From Nemertoderma westbladi (taxonomy: Eukaryota; Animalia; Xenacoelomorpha): a stretch of DNA of 54,432 nucleotides. Position numbers and translations under genes: made by a program. Shown in pieces: positions 1 through 8,653 of the stretch. Under the pieces are notes generated by a model. That model worked only from the letters and a program-made list of their open reading frames with translations. It did not search any database and was not told the origin of the DNA. The DNA lies in assembly GCA_032718475.1 (NCBI GenBank), contig JAUCBJ010008101.1, forward strand, positions 1 to 54,432, read 5' to 3'. Numbering within the stretch: position 1 is the stretch's first letter; each line of letters begins with the position of its first letter.

Positions 1-254
1 GATAACACTCTACTCCTGACCAGCCATTGGTAGATCACCATCTGCCTGGTCAGGCCATATACCCCTGCAGCCAAGTATATGGGTCCTTAATCCAGGACCA
101 AGGGCGTCCTTATCCCAGAACGAAGGGGGTCCTAGTTACAGGACCAGATTTGCCCTAGTAAGAGGGTCTATGCAGCTACAGGTGGCACCTCCTTTATGCT
201 GCATGGAGGTGGCAAGTTTTCTTGATCAATGACCTAGAATACCTGACCTGACCT
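1..254 (+). mobile_element. Probable 3' part of a retroposon (SINE/LINE UTR) with multiple stem-loops and an (ACCTG)n tail
   Basis: GC-richer than its flanks, with at least five inverted-repeat pairs (15-23/46-54, 55-62/75-82, 83-87/94-98, 128-133/140-145, 186-192/205-211). It ends in ACCTGACCTGACCT (241-254), a short tandem tail of the kind found on non-LTR elements. The 5' part lies outside the window. Confidence 0.35.
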
Positions 255-319
255 TTGATACTTTTCGACACGCAATAAAATTACAACGATCACGAATTTG
301 TCTATTTTGATACTTTTCG

Positions 320-395
320 ACTTTACTTTACTTTACTTTACTTTTCGTAACTTAAGCCGACCTGAAGGAACAGCCCATTAGTGAGGTCGGTATTT
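320..395 (-). mobile_element. Possible 3' end of a second retroposon on the minus strand: hairpin plus (AAAGT)5 tail
   Basis: (ACTTT)x5 at 320-344 lies next to the inverted repeat CCGACCT (357-363)/AGGTCGG (384-390). A stem-loop followed by a short-repeat tail is typical of LINE/SINE 3' ends. No coding homology was recognised. Confidence 0.3.
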
Positions 396-1695
396 CTCTT
401 TATTCCTGCCGCTATCTTTGAATAACACAATAGCAGAAAGCTAACCAGTGGTCTACCCCCAATACAAGAAAGACAAGTTGGCTACCATTGAAATGAATGG
501 GGAATGGAATTCTGTGTTCACATACTAATGTTGCTTTGGGTTGGTCTAGAGCCATACAATAGAGCTTTACGGAAATACACTTCCAAAGAGCCAAGCAGTG
601 GCGGTATAGGTCCAAAATGCCCATGTAGAATTTCTTCGAATAAGGCTCAATTTCTTTAAGTTACATTAATTAAAATACTGATAAATATATTTTGCTTTTC
701 GCAGGAGGGACAGTATCCCCCTCTACAGTTAACATAGTGTTCGTACATGTGTTAGTTATATCGTTGCGTTTATTTATATTTATACAGGTTTGGATATGAT
801 CTCTACTAGTTTGATTTTTGTTTTGTCAATTAATTAATTGTGCGGTTAATTTGTCAATCACAGCCTTAATTGGCTACATTGCTTATTGTATGAATGAATA
901 TAATTTAGTTATTAAGACATTATTTTAATTAGTATCTGTTGTGATTAGGTCTACCTTTTACATAACAACAGTACGTCAATGGCGGATATACTACTACTAC
1001 TAAGTCGAGCAAACTCGGACAGTGGAAATGAGATCCTTCCAGGCTTCCCGATTCTCCATAGTTGTCGCAATTGCGTTTCTCCCAAGTTCAGAGATGGCGG
1101 ATATACATTACATCATAATATGGCATGGCAGTCACGTGAAAACAAGGGCCTTTACATTCCCAATTCTCTATCTAACGTAGGGCCCCGTCCCTACGTCCAC
1201 CCTCCCTTGTGAAGGGCTAGGGGGGACTTTCGACCCATCATTACTAAAGGGTAGTGATAATATTCAAAATAAGTTTTCCCATGTATACGTAATTTTATTC
1301 TTAAATAGGTACTTGTTTGTTCCTAAATTCTGCCTAAATGCTGCCTTACGCAATGTTAAATAATTTATTGTTCTCGAATATTTATTACGTAACTAGGGAA
1401 CGACTACCGGTACGATTGATCCAACCAAATAGGCCCACAGAAATAGCATATTCTATAACGGGAGGTACTACCAGTACAAACGGTAGGCAGGATATTGTGA
1501 AGTCTGCTTGCCCTGCTGCCCGTGATCTGATCAACTTAAAAACTTATAAGCTGACACCGGAAGCGGTACAACTGTCAGACTGTACTCAGGTACTTCCTAC
1601 TATGACCTACTATTTATATATACTGACTAATTATTAATATTGAGTATAATTATAATAGACTATAAAATATATTGCTGAGTTCTGCAGTTTGATAC

Positions 1696-1768
1696 AAGTT
1701 ATTGAATACGATTGGTAATCCATAATCGACCACACGAAGATAGAAGTTATCGAATACTATTGGTGATC
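1696..1768 (+). repeat. Imperfect 25-bp direct repeat in the LINE 5' UTR
   Basis: AAGTTATTGAATACGATTGGTAATC (1696-1720) vs AAGTTATCGAATACTATTGGTGATC (1744-1768). Confidence 0.7.
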
Positions 1769-1788
1769 GACGAAAAGACAGTAAGAAG

Positions 1789-2847
1789 ATGAGTCAACAG
1801 CCATCATCGCAAGTAGATACTTCGATACCAGGGCGTTTATCCACTGGATCGCAATCACGTAAATCCACAATCAGTCCGCCAGCAAGCGGGCCTCAAAAGA
1901 AAAAACCAAAACCGAGAAAATGGACGTCAACAAAAATTGAATGTACCCACTGTCGAAGTACCTGGACTGAGATCGAAACTACGATTGCGGACGGGCTCGA
2001 CTTAGCAGCACATAATTTCCTGTGCGGAGTATGTGCGGCGCAGACGATTGAGGAGTTAAAAGCGGACTACGCAATTTTACAGAAAGCTAACACCCAACTT
2101 GAGAGACAGCTATCGTCCCAACTCAACCTGCTGACTAAGGAAACGGAAACACAAAAAGTTACCATAGCTTCAATGCGGTCAGACATGGAAACGCGACTTA
2201 GCAACATCGAAGTCACTCAGATGGAATTCCAATCGAAGCTGGATTCAATTGATGTTGATGCGCCGATCATCACCAGCGAAATACGAGTACCAGACTCCTG
2301 GGCCGAAATCGTTAACAAAAACACAGACAGTTTAAAAGAGCTCCAAAGTAAGATAAATGTACCAAGCCAACACCCCCAGAGAAATCAGAATGAAGTGAAC
2401 AACATAGAACGAGTGATAAAGCAAACCGAACAACGCCGATTTAACGTTATAATCAGACGATTGCCAGGAGATTCCCACACCAATAATAGCGTGCAGCAGC
2501 GGGAAGCAGACAACAAGTTACTCAACGAGGCGCTTGAGGTGAACCTTCCCCATCACTCAATACATAGATTGGGTAAACCGCGCGAAGATGGATCCCCACG
2601 ACCAACGCTGATGACATTCCAAACGACAGAGGATGCCGCAAACGTTGTCAGACGAAAGTCATTCACATTCGCGGATGTTACATATTACTTTGATCGCGAC
2701 CTCTCGGCATTCGAGCGTGAAGAGGCCTTCAAAGCCCGCCAAAGGAGGCGTGAGTCGGGATTGAAACGACTTACACAGACCGTCATCAGAAATACCACTA
2801 CGGCTCCGGGTGATAATGAAGTGGACAGTGCCCACGAAGTGGATTGA
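1789..2847 (+). CDS. LINE ORF1 protein (Cys/His zinc-finger-like N-terminus, coiled coil, L1-ORF1-type RRM/CTD)
   Basis: 352 aa from an ATG. CTHC...HNFLCGVC is followed by a heptad-rich segment, then RRFNVIIRRLP...HRLGKPREDGSPRPTLMTF...FDRDLS, motifs characteristic of CR1/L2-group ORF1p. It lies directly upstream of the RT ORF. Confidence 0.85.
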   Translation: MSQQPSSQVDTSIPGRLSTGSQSRKSTISPPASGPQKKKPKPRKWTSTKIECTHCRSTWTEIETTIADGLDLAAHNFLCGVCAAQTIEELKADYAILQKANTQLERQLSSQLNLLTKETETQKVTIASMRSDMETRLSNIEVTQMEFQSKLDSIDVDAPIITSEIRVPDSWAEIVNKNTDSLKELQSKINVPSQHPQRNQNEVNNIERVIKQTEQRRFNVIIRRLPGDSHTNNSVQQREADNKLLNEALEVNLPHHSIHRLGKPREDGSPRPTLMTFQTTEDAANVVRRKSFTFADVTYYFDRDLSAFEREEAFKARQRRRESGLKRLTQTVIRNTTTAPGDNEVDSAHEVD

Positions 2848-5800
2848 CTATATCTTCCAAGCTATTTACTGCAAACCGATGCTAGGGGTACCGCTACCAC
2901 CTACTCAACTCAGACCCAAGTTGCATTGACAGTGTCCAACCGGACCGTAACTGCACCGAATGTGTCTATCTGGACCCCAACTGCGCCGGACGTGTCCAAC
3001 CGGAACCCAGCTACACCGAATGTGTCCAACCGGGCCCCAGCTATGCTGAACGCGTCCAACCGGACCCCGACTGTTCCGAATGAGTCCAAGCAGACCCCAG
3101 CTACGCCGAACGCGTCCAACCGGACCCCGACAGCTCCGAATGTGTCCAAGCGGACCCCAGCTGCGCCGAACGTATCCAACCGGACCCCAGCTACGCCGAA
3201 TGTGTCTATCTGGACCCCAACTGCGCCGAACGTGTCCAACTGGACCCCGACTGCTCCGAATGTGTCCAAGCAGACCCCAGCTGCACCGAACGTGTCCAAC
3301 CGGACCCCAGCTACGCCGAACGTGTCCAACACGACCCTGATTGCGCCGAACGTGTCCAACCGGACCTCGAGCGCGCTGACAATGTCCAACCGGACCCCGA
3401 CGGCGCTCAACGTGTCCAACCGGACCCCAGCTACTCCGAATGTGTCCGACCAGACCCCGACTGCTCCGAACGTGTCCAACCAGACCCCGACAGCGTCGAA
3501 TGTGTCCAACCGGACCCCTTATGCTCCAAATGTGTCCAACCGGACACCGACTGCGTTGAACGTGTCCAACCGGACCCCGTCTGCTCTGAATGTGTCCAAC
3601 CGGACCCAGAATACATCTGAGCTCCCCAATCAGTTCAACATGTTTTTAAAATCTGGATTGCATATAGTACATCAAAATGTTCAGAGCTTAATGCCCAAGT
3701 TAGATGAAATAAAAATACTTCTACACGAATACCCAATTGACATATTAACGCTATCCGAGACATGGCTCGATCAGACTGTAACGGATCTGGAGATACATAT
3801 ACCAGGATATCAGCCGCCTGAAAGGCGAGATAGAACCCGCCATGGAGGAGGGGTAGCAATATATATATCCGAGAAATGGAACTACTCTGTATGCTCTGAC
3901 ATTAATGAGAGTTTAGGGGATGAGGAAGGAATGTTCTGTCGGATATATCTCCCACACACCAAACCCATTTTGATTGGTTCAATTTATAATCCCCAAGATG
4001 CACACGCGAGAGCGTTCTTCAACAAACTAGGCGATGCTATTGGGGATAATGTGGCAAACTATAATGAAGTCTACATATTGGGGGACACAAACTCCAACAC
4101 GAAACAAATAAATAAATCATCCCCAAAGCAAACAAAACAATCTGAACAGGCAACATCGTGTCAACAACTGAGCAGATTCTGTCACACAATGGGGCTCACA
4201 CAAATAATAAAGGATCCAACTAGAGTGACTACAATGACGTCAACAACATTAGATCATATTTTTATATCCAATAAACAGCTGATATATGGCTCAGGTGTAC
4301 TACGCTCGGGACTTAGTGACCACTACATGGTCTATGTGACTCGTAAAAAACCAAAGGTGAAAAAAGCTGAACATACTTACCGTATGTGCAGATCATATAA
4401 AACATACACTAAAGAAAACGTATCACTGCAGGTCCGATCAAATCAACCGATCCAATCAATACCGGCAGAAGCAAATGTGGAAATTATAACTGCAACATTG
4501 GTAATGGAATTAACTAAAATCTTGGAGAAAATAGCGCCAAAACGCTCCATTCGAATACGTGTTGACTCGCAACCATGGATCAATAGCGATATATTGCACA
4601 GTATAGCGGCAAAAAATAACGCCCTGACAAATTTTAATAAGAATCCAACACTCGTCAATGAGCAACATTATAAGCATCTCTTCTACTCAAATAAGGCTAC
4701 GATTAAAGAAGCAAAAACAAATTACATTAAGGAAAAGCTAAGCTCGTACCGTAACAACCCAAAGAAACTTTGGAAGGAGCTGAAAGCACTTGGAAGCTCG
4801 ACGAAAAAATCGCAAACCACAGCAGTCAAGTGCTTACGGGTAGATAACGAATTAATTACAGACCCCACAGCAATTGCGGAGGAATTTAATACATTTTTTA
4901 CTACAATCGCTGAAGATCTTGTGAATAAATTGCCGCCCTGTAAAGGAATATATGATCTCGCTGCAATCGAAAACTACTACAGAAACAAGGGATTCCACCG
5001 TAACAAATTCTCATTGAAGAAAATTAATGTATCTGATATGCTTAAGGTCCTGAATAACTTGAAGACGGACAAGAGTGCTGGGATCGACGACCTATCGCCA
5101 TTATATATAAAGGATATTGCACATGAGATTGCTGAACCCCTGACTCATCTATTAAATGTATCAATCGAAAGCTCAACCTACCCGTCCGCATTTAAAATAG
5201 CCAAGGTAATTCCAAGTTACAAAGCTGAGTCGAGACAAGAGAAAGGGAATTTTAGACCTGTATCGCTTCTACCAATTTTAGCTAAAGTTATTGATCAACC
5301 GATATACGAACAGGTATACGATTTTATTGAAACGAATAAGATATTAGATCCCTTTCAATCAGGATACAGGAAGGGTTACTCTGTGGAAACATGCTTGATG
5401 TACCTAAATAATTACATTAAGGAAGCCGTTGATGATGGTAAGGTTACGGGTGTCGTATTCATAGACTTGCGAAAAGCCTTTGACACTGTTGACCACGAAT
5501 TATTATTATCAAAACTGAAATTCATTGGATTCTGTGATTCAACTATCGCGTGGTTTAAATCTTATTTGAGCGAAAGGCGTCAGGTTGTATATGTTGGTGG
5601 CGTATACTCGACCATTAGAGATCTGATAAAGAGAGGCGTCCCCCAGGGCGGATTACTATCCGTACTTATCTTTCTGATATATGTTAATGATGGTGATATA
5701 GCTTTATTGGACCATCCATCACCCAACCAAACTATAGATAACAAGCCATCAATGTCCATCAATAAAAACATAAATGTATCGACGGCTAAAGAAATACCGA

Positions 5801-6696
5801 CTAAAATGACCCCTACCTGCTCTTCTCTCAAACTCGCCGATGACTCCAATATCCTGGCTGCGCACGACAACGTCGGGAAACTGTCTATAGCTCTGTCAAC
5901 AACTCTGACCAACGTATTCAACTGGGCGACTGATAACAGATTGAGTCTGAACTTCAAAAAGACTACTGGTGTTGTTTTTGGAACACAAAGTAGACTGGCG
6001 GGAAATAATGAATTGAAGGTTACATGCAATGGTCTGCAAATAGAACAAAGGAAAACCATAAAGTATCTGGGCTGTCATCTAGATATGGATTTGTCAGGAA
6101 ACTCGATGGCATCACATGTAATAAAGAAAGGTAATAAAAACCTTCGTTTTTTATACAGACAAGGCGGGGTCCTAGACACCCAATTGAGAAGGCAGCTATG
6201 CAATACCTTAATCCAACCGCATCTGGATTTCGTAGCTTCATGCTGGTATCCTAGCACAGCGAAAAGTCTAAGGACCCAACTTCAAGCATTGCAAAGGAAA
6301 AGTATTCGCTTCTGCCTCCGTCTCCCTAGCAGACAGCATATATCACAAGAACATTACAATCAACTGTCTTGGCTACCAGTAGAATGGCGCATCAACCAAC
6401 TAATTGCAACGCACGTGTACCGCATCACGAAATCGCTCTCACCACCGTATCTCTCCTCCCTAGTACAATTTAATTCCGTATCTATTAACCTCCGAGGCGG
6501 CAATACACGCGCAGTCGTCCCGTTGCGGCGCACAGCAACGGGTTGCGAATGTTTTTCATTCATGGGGCCAACGATATGGAACTCACTACCTCCAGACTTG
6601 CGCAACGCGGTCTCCATAGAGTCCTTCAAACACCAAGTGAAAACACATTTTATGGGTAAATTAACTCGGAACGAAGAAGTGGTATGGCAATATTGA
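2848..6696 (+). CDS. LINE ORF2: apurinic-like endonuclease + reverse transcriptase (start uncertain: readthrough from ORF1 or ATG at 3640)
   Basis: Endonuclease motifs HQNVQSL, LSETWL, DRTRHGGGVAIY, LGDTN, LDHIF, SDHYMV. RT motifs KSAGIDDL, NFRPVSLL, FQSGYR, FIDLRKAFDTVDH, GVPQG, LADD, KYLG. The frame is open from the ORF1 stop (2845-2847) to 6696; the ORF-track start at 2926 is a TTG. Confidence 0.95.
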   Translation, partial: LYLPSYLLQTDARGTATTYSTQTQVALTVSNRTVTAPNVSIWTPTAPDVSNRNPATPNVSNRAPAMLNASNRTPTVPNESKQTPATPNASNRTPTAPNVSKRTPAAPNVSNRTPATPNVSIWTPTAPNVSNWTPTAPNVSKQTPAAPNVSNRTPATPNVSNTTLIAPNVSNRTSSALTMSNRTPTALNVSNRTPATPNVSDQTPTAPNVSNQTPTASNVSNRTPYAPNVSNRTPTALNVSNRTPSALNVSNRTQNTSELPNQFNMFLKSGLHIVHQNVQSLMPKLDEIKILLHEYPIDILTLSETWLDQTVTDLEIHIPGYQPPERRDRTRHGGGVAIYISEKWNYSVCSDINESLGDEEGMFCRIYLPHTKPILIGSIYNPQDAHARAFFNKLGDAIGDNVANYNEVYILGDTNSNTKQINKSSPKQTKQSEQATSCQQLSRFCHTMGLTQIIKDPTRVTTMTSTTLDHIFISNKQLIYGSGVLRSGLSDHYMVYVTRKKPKVKKAEHTYRMCRSYKTYTKENVSLQVRSNQPIQSIPAEANVEIITATLVMELTKILEKIAPKRSIRIRVDSQPWINSDILHSIAAKNNALTNFNKNPTLVNEQHYKHLFYSNKATIKEAKTNYIKEKLSSYRNNPKKLWKELKALGSSTKKSQTTAVKCLRVDNELITDPTAIAEEFNTFFTTIAEDLVNKLPPCKGIYDLAAIENYYRNKGFHRNKFSLKKINVSDMLKVLNNLKTDKSAGIDDLSPLYIKDIAHEIAEPLTHLLNVSIESSTYPSAFKIAKVIPSYKAESRQEKGNFRPVSLLPILAKVIDQPIYEQVYDFIETNKILDPFQSGYRKGYSVETCLMYLNNYIKEAVDDGKVTGVVFIDLRKAFDTVDHELLLSKLKFIGFCDSTIAWFKSYLSERRQVVYVGGVYSTIRDLIKRGVPQGGLLSVLIFLIYVNDGDIALLDHPSPNQTIDNKPSMSINKNINVSTAKEIPTKMTPTCSSLKLADDSNILAAHDNVGKLSIALSTTLTNVFNWATDNRLSLNFKKTTGVVFGTQSRLAGNNELKVTCNGLQIEQRKTIKYLGCHLDMDLSGNSMASHVIKKGNKNLRFLYRQGGVLDTQLRRQLCNTLIQPHLDFVASCWYPSTAKSLRTQLQALQRKSIRFCLRLPSRQHISQEHYNQLSWLPVEWRINQLIATHVYRITKSLSPPYLSSLVQFNSVSINLRGGNTRAVVPLRRTATGCECFSFMGPTIWNSLPPDLRNAVSIESFKHQVKTHFMGKLTRNEEVVWQY
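2929..3610 (+). repeat. 30-bp minisatellite (~22-23 copies) encoding a 10-aa unit (NVSNRTPxxP) between ORF1 and the endonuclease
   Basis: Consensus approx. AACGTGTCCAACCGGACCCCAGCTACGCCG. The 30-bp period is strict, with substitutions but no indels or in-frame stops. Confidence 0.95.
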
Positions 6697-7102
6697 AAGG
6701 CATTTGATTCATTTTGTAAACGTATATTTTATTTCGTACTATTCCCTTTATTGTCATCTTGAAATACTATAATACTTCAGGAATGTAATACGAAACTATA
6801 TTTTCAAAACATAATAATTTAAACAAAACTCTATTTAAACAGTATTAACAGTACACTACACAGTACTATGATTTTAAAGAAAATATTTTTAAATATAAAT
6901 TTGGCAAATAGTATTAAATAATAAACGTATTTTTAACTTTTAACCGCCCAGTAATAAAAACCTATAGTTTTTCTTTTTTATTTCATTAATTTTATCCTAC
7001 TACTTATATCTTATGCCGACCAATTATTTTATTTTATCATGTTAGACAGACTTGTTAGTGACGGATTTCTTTGCTTTAAAAAAACCAGACCTACAAGGGG
7101 AC

Positions 7103-7133
7103 CCTCATGGAAACGAGGTTATACCTCATGAGG
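7103..7133 (+). other. Nested stem-loop in the LINE 3' UTR (candidate RT-recognition structure)
   Basis: CCTCAT (7103-7108) pairs with ATGAGG (7128-7133), enclosing GAGGT (7115-7119)-TAT-ACCTC (7123-7127), as a GC-rich island in an AT-rich UTR. Confidence 0.55.
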
Positions 7134-7499
7134 CTATCCTCTACACCAAGTAGTAGCTTGACAAATTTTTAAACTTGTAAATATCACGTACCTAATGTTT
7201 TTACTTCATATATCGCCTACTGTAAATATCTAATCGGATCAATTGTGCATATCTCTGTATCTTTACTTATTGTGCCTTGTGATGCATGCGATCGTTGATA
7301 CTGTATCTATGTGATCTTCTTACGTATTATTGTGTATTTTACTCCAGTATCAGTTATATTTTAATGAGTCTTTGGTGTAAATAAAAAACTTCAACTTCAA
7401 CTTCTACTGATATACCGGTACCGGTACCCCTCCTATATATTAATATATAGGCCTATATTTGCAGTATACCGGTCTGCCGGTATCCATCAGTCTGTCAGT

Positions 7500-7521
7500 C
7501 CCCCCCCCCCCCCCCCCCCCC
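7500..7521. repeat. Poly-C tract (~22 nt)
   Basis: Direct reading of the sequence. Confidence 0.9.
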
Positions 7522-7733
7522 ATACATCAGTCAGATCAGTACTGCAGTACATGTTTCTGTACCAGCTGACCGGTATTTATTTAAATTTTAAACCAGTAAA
7601 CCAGAGCAGAGAAATTCTAGCAGTCTAGTCCAGTCTACCGGTATTCGGTATAGGCCTACTATAACAGTATAGTATAAATAACTGTATATCCTCCTAGTCT
7701 GCTAATTTGGCAGTTTGGTATAAGGAAGACAGG

Positions 7734-7926
7734 ATGATGAACATGAACATGGGACAACAGCCTGGCTCAATGATGGGTCAACCACAGCGGCCTGTTATGG
7801 GTCAGCAACACAGGCCGATGATGGGTCAAATGATGGGTGGTGGAGGATACGGGTATAGCATGATGCCAATGCCCCCCAATACAGGAATGCCAAATCAAAT
7901 GATGGCCATGCAACAACAGCAACATG
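7734..7926 (+). CDS. RBM25: RBM25-like gene, first coding exon (Met/Gly/Gln/Pro-rich low-complexity N-terminus)
   Basis: ATG at 7734 gives MMNMNMGQQPGSMMG...QQQQH. The donor G|GTACGG at 7927 is phase 1 and joins the next exon in frame (G|CT = Ala). Confidence 0.7.
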
Positions 7927-8453
7927 GTACGGTAATTTATTACGGTAGGCCTACCGTAGGTATACAGTATTGTATTACTGTACTATCAGACTACTGGACT
8001 ATACTAGTTACAGTACTAGACTACACTACTACAGGACTATCTGCTGTCTGTTACTCAGACAAGCAAATGGTTACTTTTCAGCCCCACGTGAATGCCGAAA
8101 ATAACTATTTGTAATTTTCGTTCTGCACCGTACTGCCGTATCCCGGCAGCCCGGTTAGAGAAGAATTTAGAAGAAGTTAGAGGTCGACGAATATTGATAT
8201 TTAGACTGTTTGAAAAACTGTGCTACTTATTTTTCGTAAAGAAATTTTTCCTAGAAAAAAAAGTCAGATGGAATTATATGAACCACTGAACTCAGAGGAT
8301 GCAAAGACCTTTATCCTGAAACCTTATTATGTATGTTAAATGAACCAATGTGTTAAGTCATATGTTGAACCAATGAACCAATGAGTATACCGGTACCTGT
8401 TAAACCATACCAATGTGTTTAACCCAGTTAACAATTTTCTCCCTTTACTTTAG

Positions 8454-8653
8454 CTCAGCACAGAATGGGTATGCCAATGGGGATGGGCCCTCCGCCCCGT
8501 ATGCCCCCACCAATGATGTCTTTACCTCGACCAATGATGCCCACCCGTGGAGACGAACACCGTAACGGGGGTATCGAGAAACCCGCTACCACCGTGTTCG
8601 TGGGTAACATATCCGACGTCGCCCCAGATGGAATGATACGACAGATGCTAAAT
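8454..8653 (+). CDS. RBM25: RBM25-like gene, coding exon 2 (Pro-rich region, start of RRM)
   Basis: Acceptor tttctccctttactttAG (8453). Encodes ...KPATTVFVGNISDVAPDGMIRQMLN, matching the RBM25 RNP2 region. Donor AAT|GTAAGT at 8654, phase 0. Confidence 0.9.

Larger units (their letters stand above)
1627..7404 (+). mobile_element. Full-length non-LTR retrotransposon (LINE), CR1 group, L2/Crack-like
   Basis: ORF1 plus an APE-RT ORF2 without frameshifts, and an AT-rich 3' UTR with a nested stem-loop (7103-7133). AATAAA at 7380-7385 is followed by an (AACTTC)3 tail ending at 7404. The 5' boundary is tentative, based on a possible 6-bp TSD TACTGA (1621-1626 / 7405-7410). Confidence 0.9.

Noticed and set aside
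412-1637. ORFs 412-624 (-), 979-1212 (+), 1338-1637 (+) and the duplicated ATGGCGGATATAC (979-991, 1094-1106)
   Set aside because: Short, with no recognisable domains or convincing splice structure. The 13-bp duplicate resembles a YY1-type word but cannot be assigned a function from sequence alone.
2845-2847. TGA as selenocysteine or a variant genetic code
   Set aside because: No recognisable SECIS or redox motif was found, and ORF2 itself terminates at a TGA (6694-6696).
2926-3610. Secreted mucin/glycoprotein gene
   Set aside because: No signal peptide is present, and the repeat is continuous with a retrotransposon endonuclease-RT frame.
2910-3616. Antisense and alternate-frame ORFs over the 30-bp repeat (pentapeptide-like appearance)
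   Set aside because: Shadow frames of the minisatellite, with no independent evidence of a gene.
3635-6629. Short minus-strand ORFs within LINE ORF2
   Set aside because: Antisense shadows of a long coding frame, with no recognisable motifs.
7927-8289. 3' part of ORF 7707-8114 and ORF 8092-8289
   Set aside because: These run past the exon 1 donor into intron sequence, and the composition changes abruptly after QQQQH.
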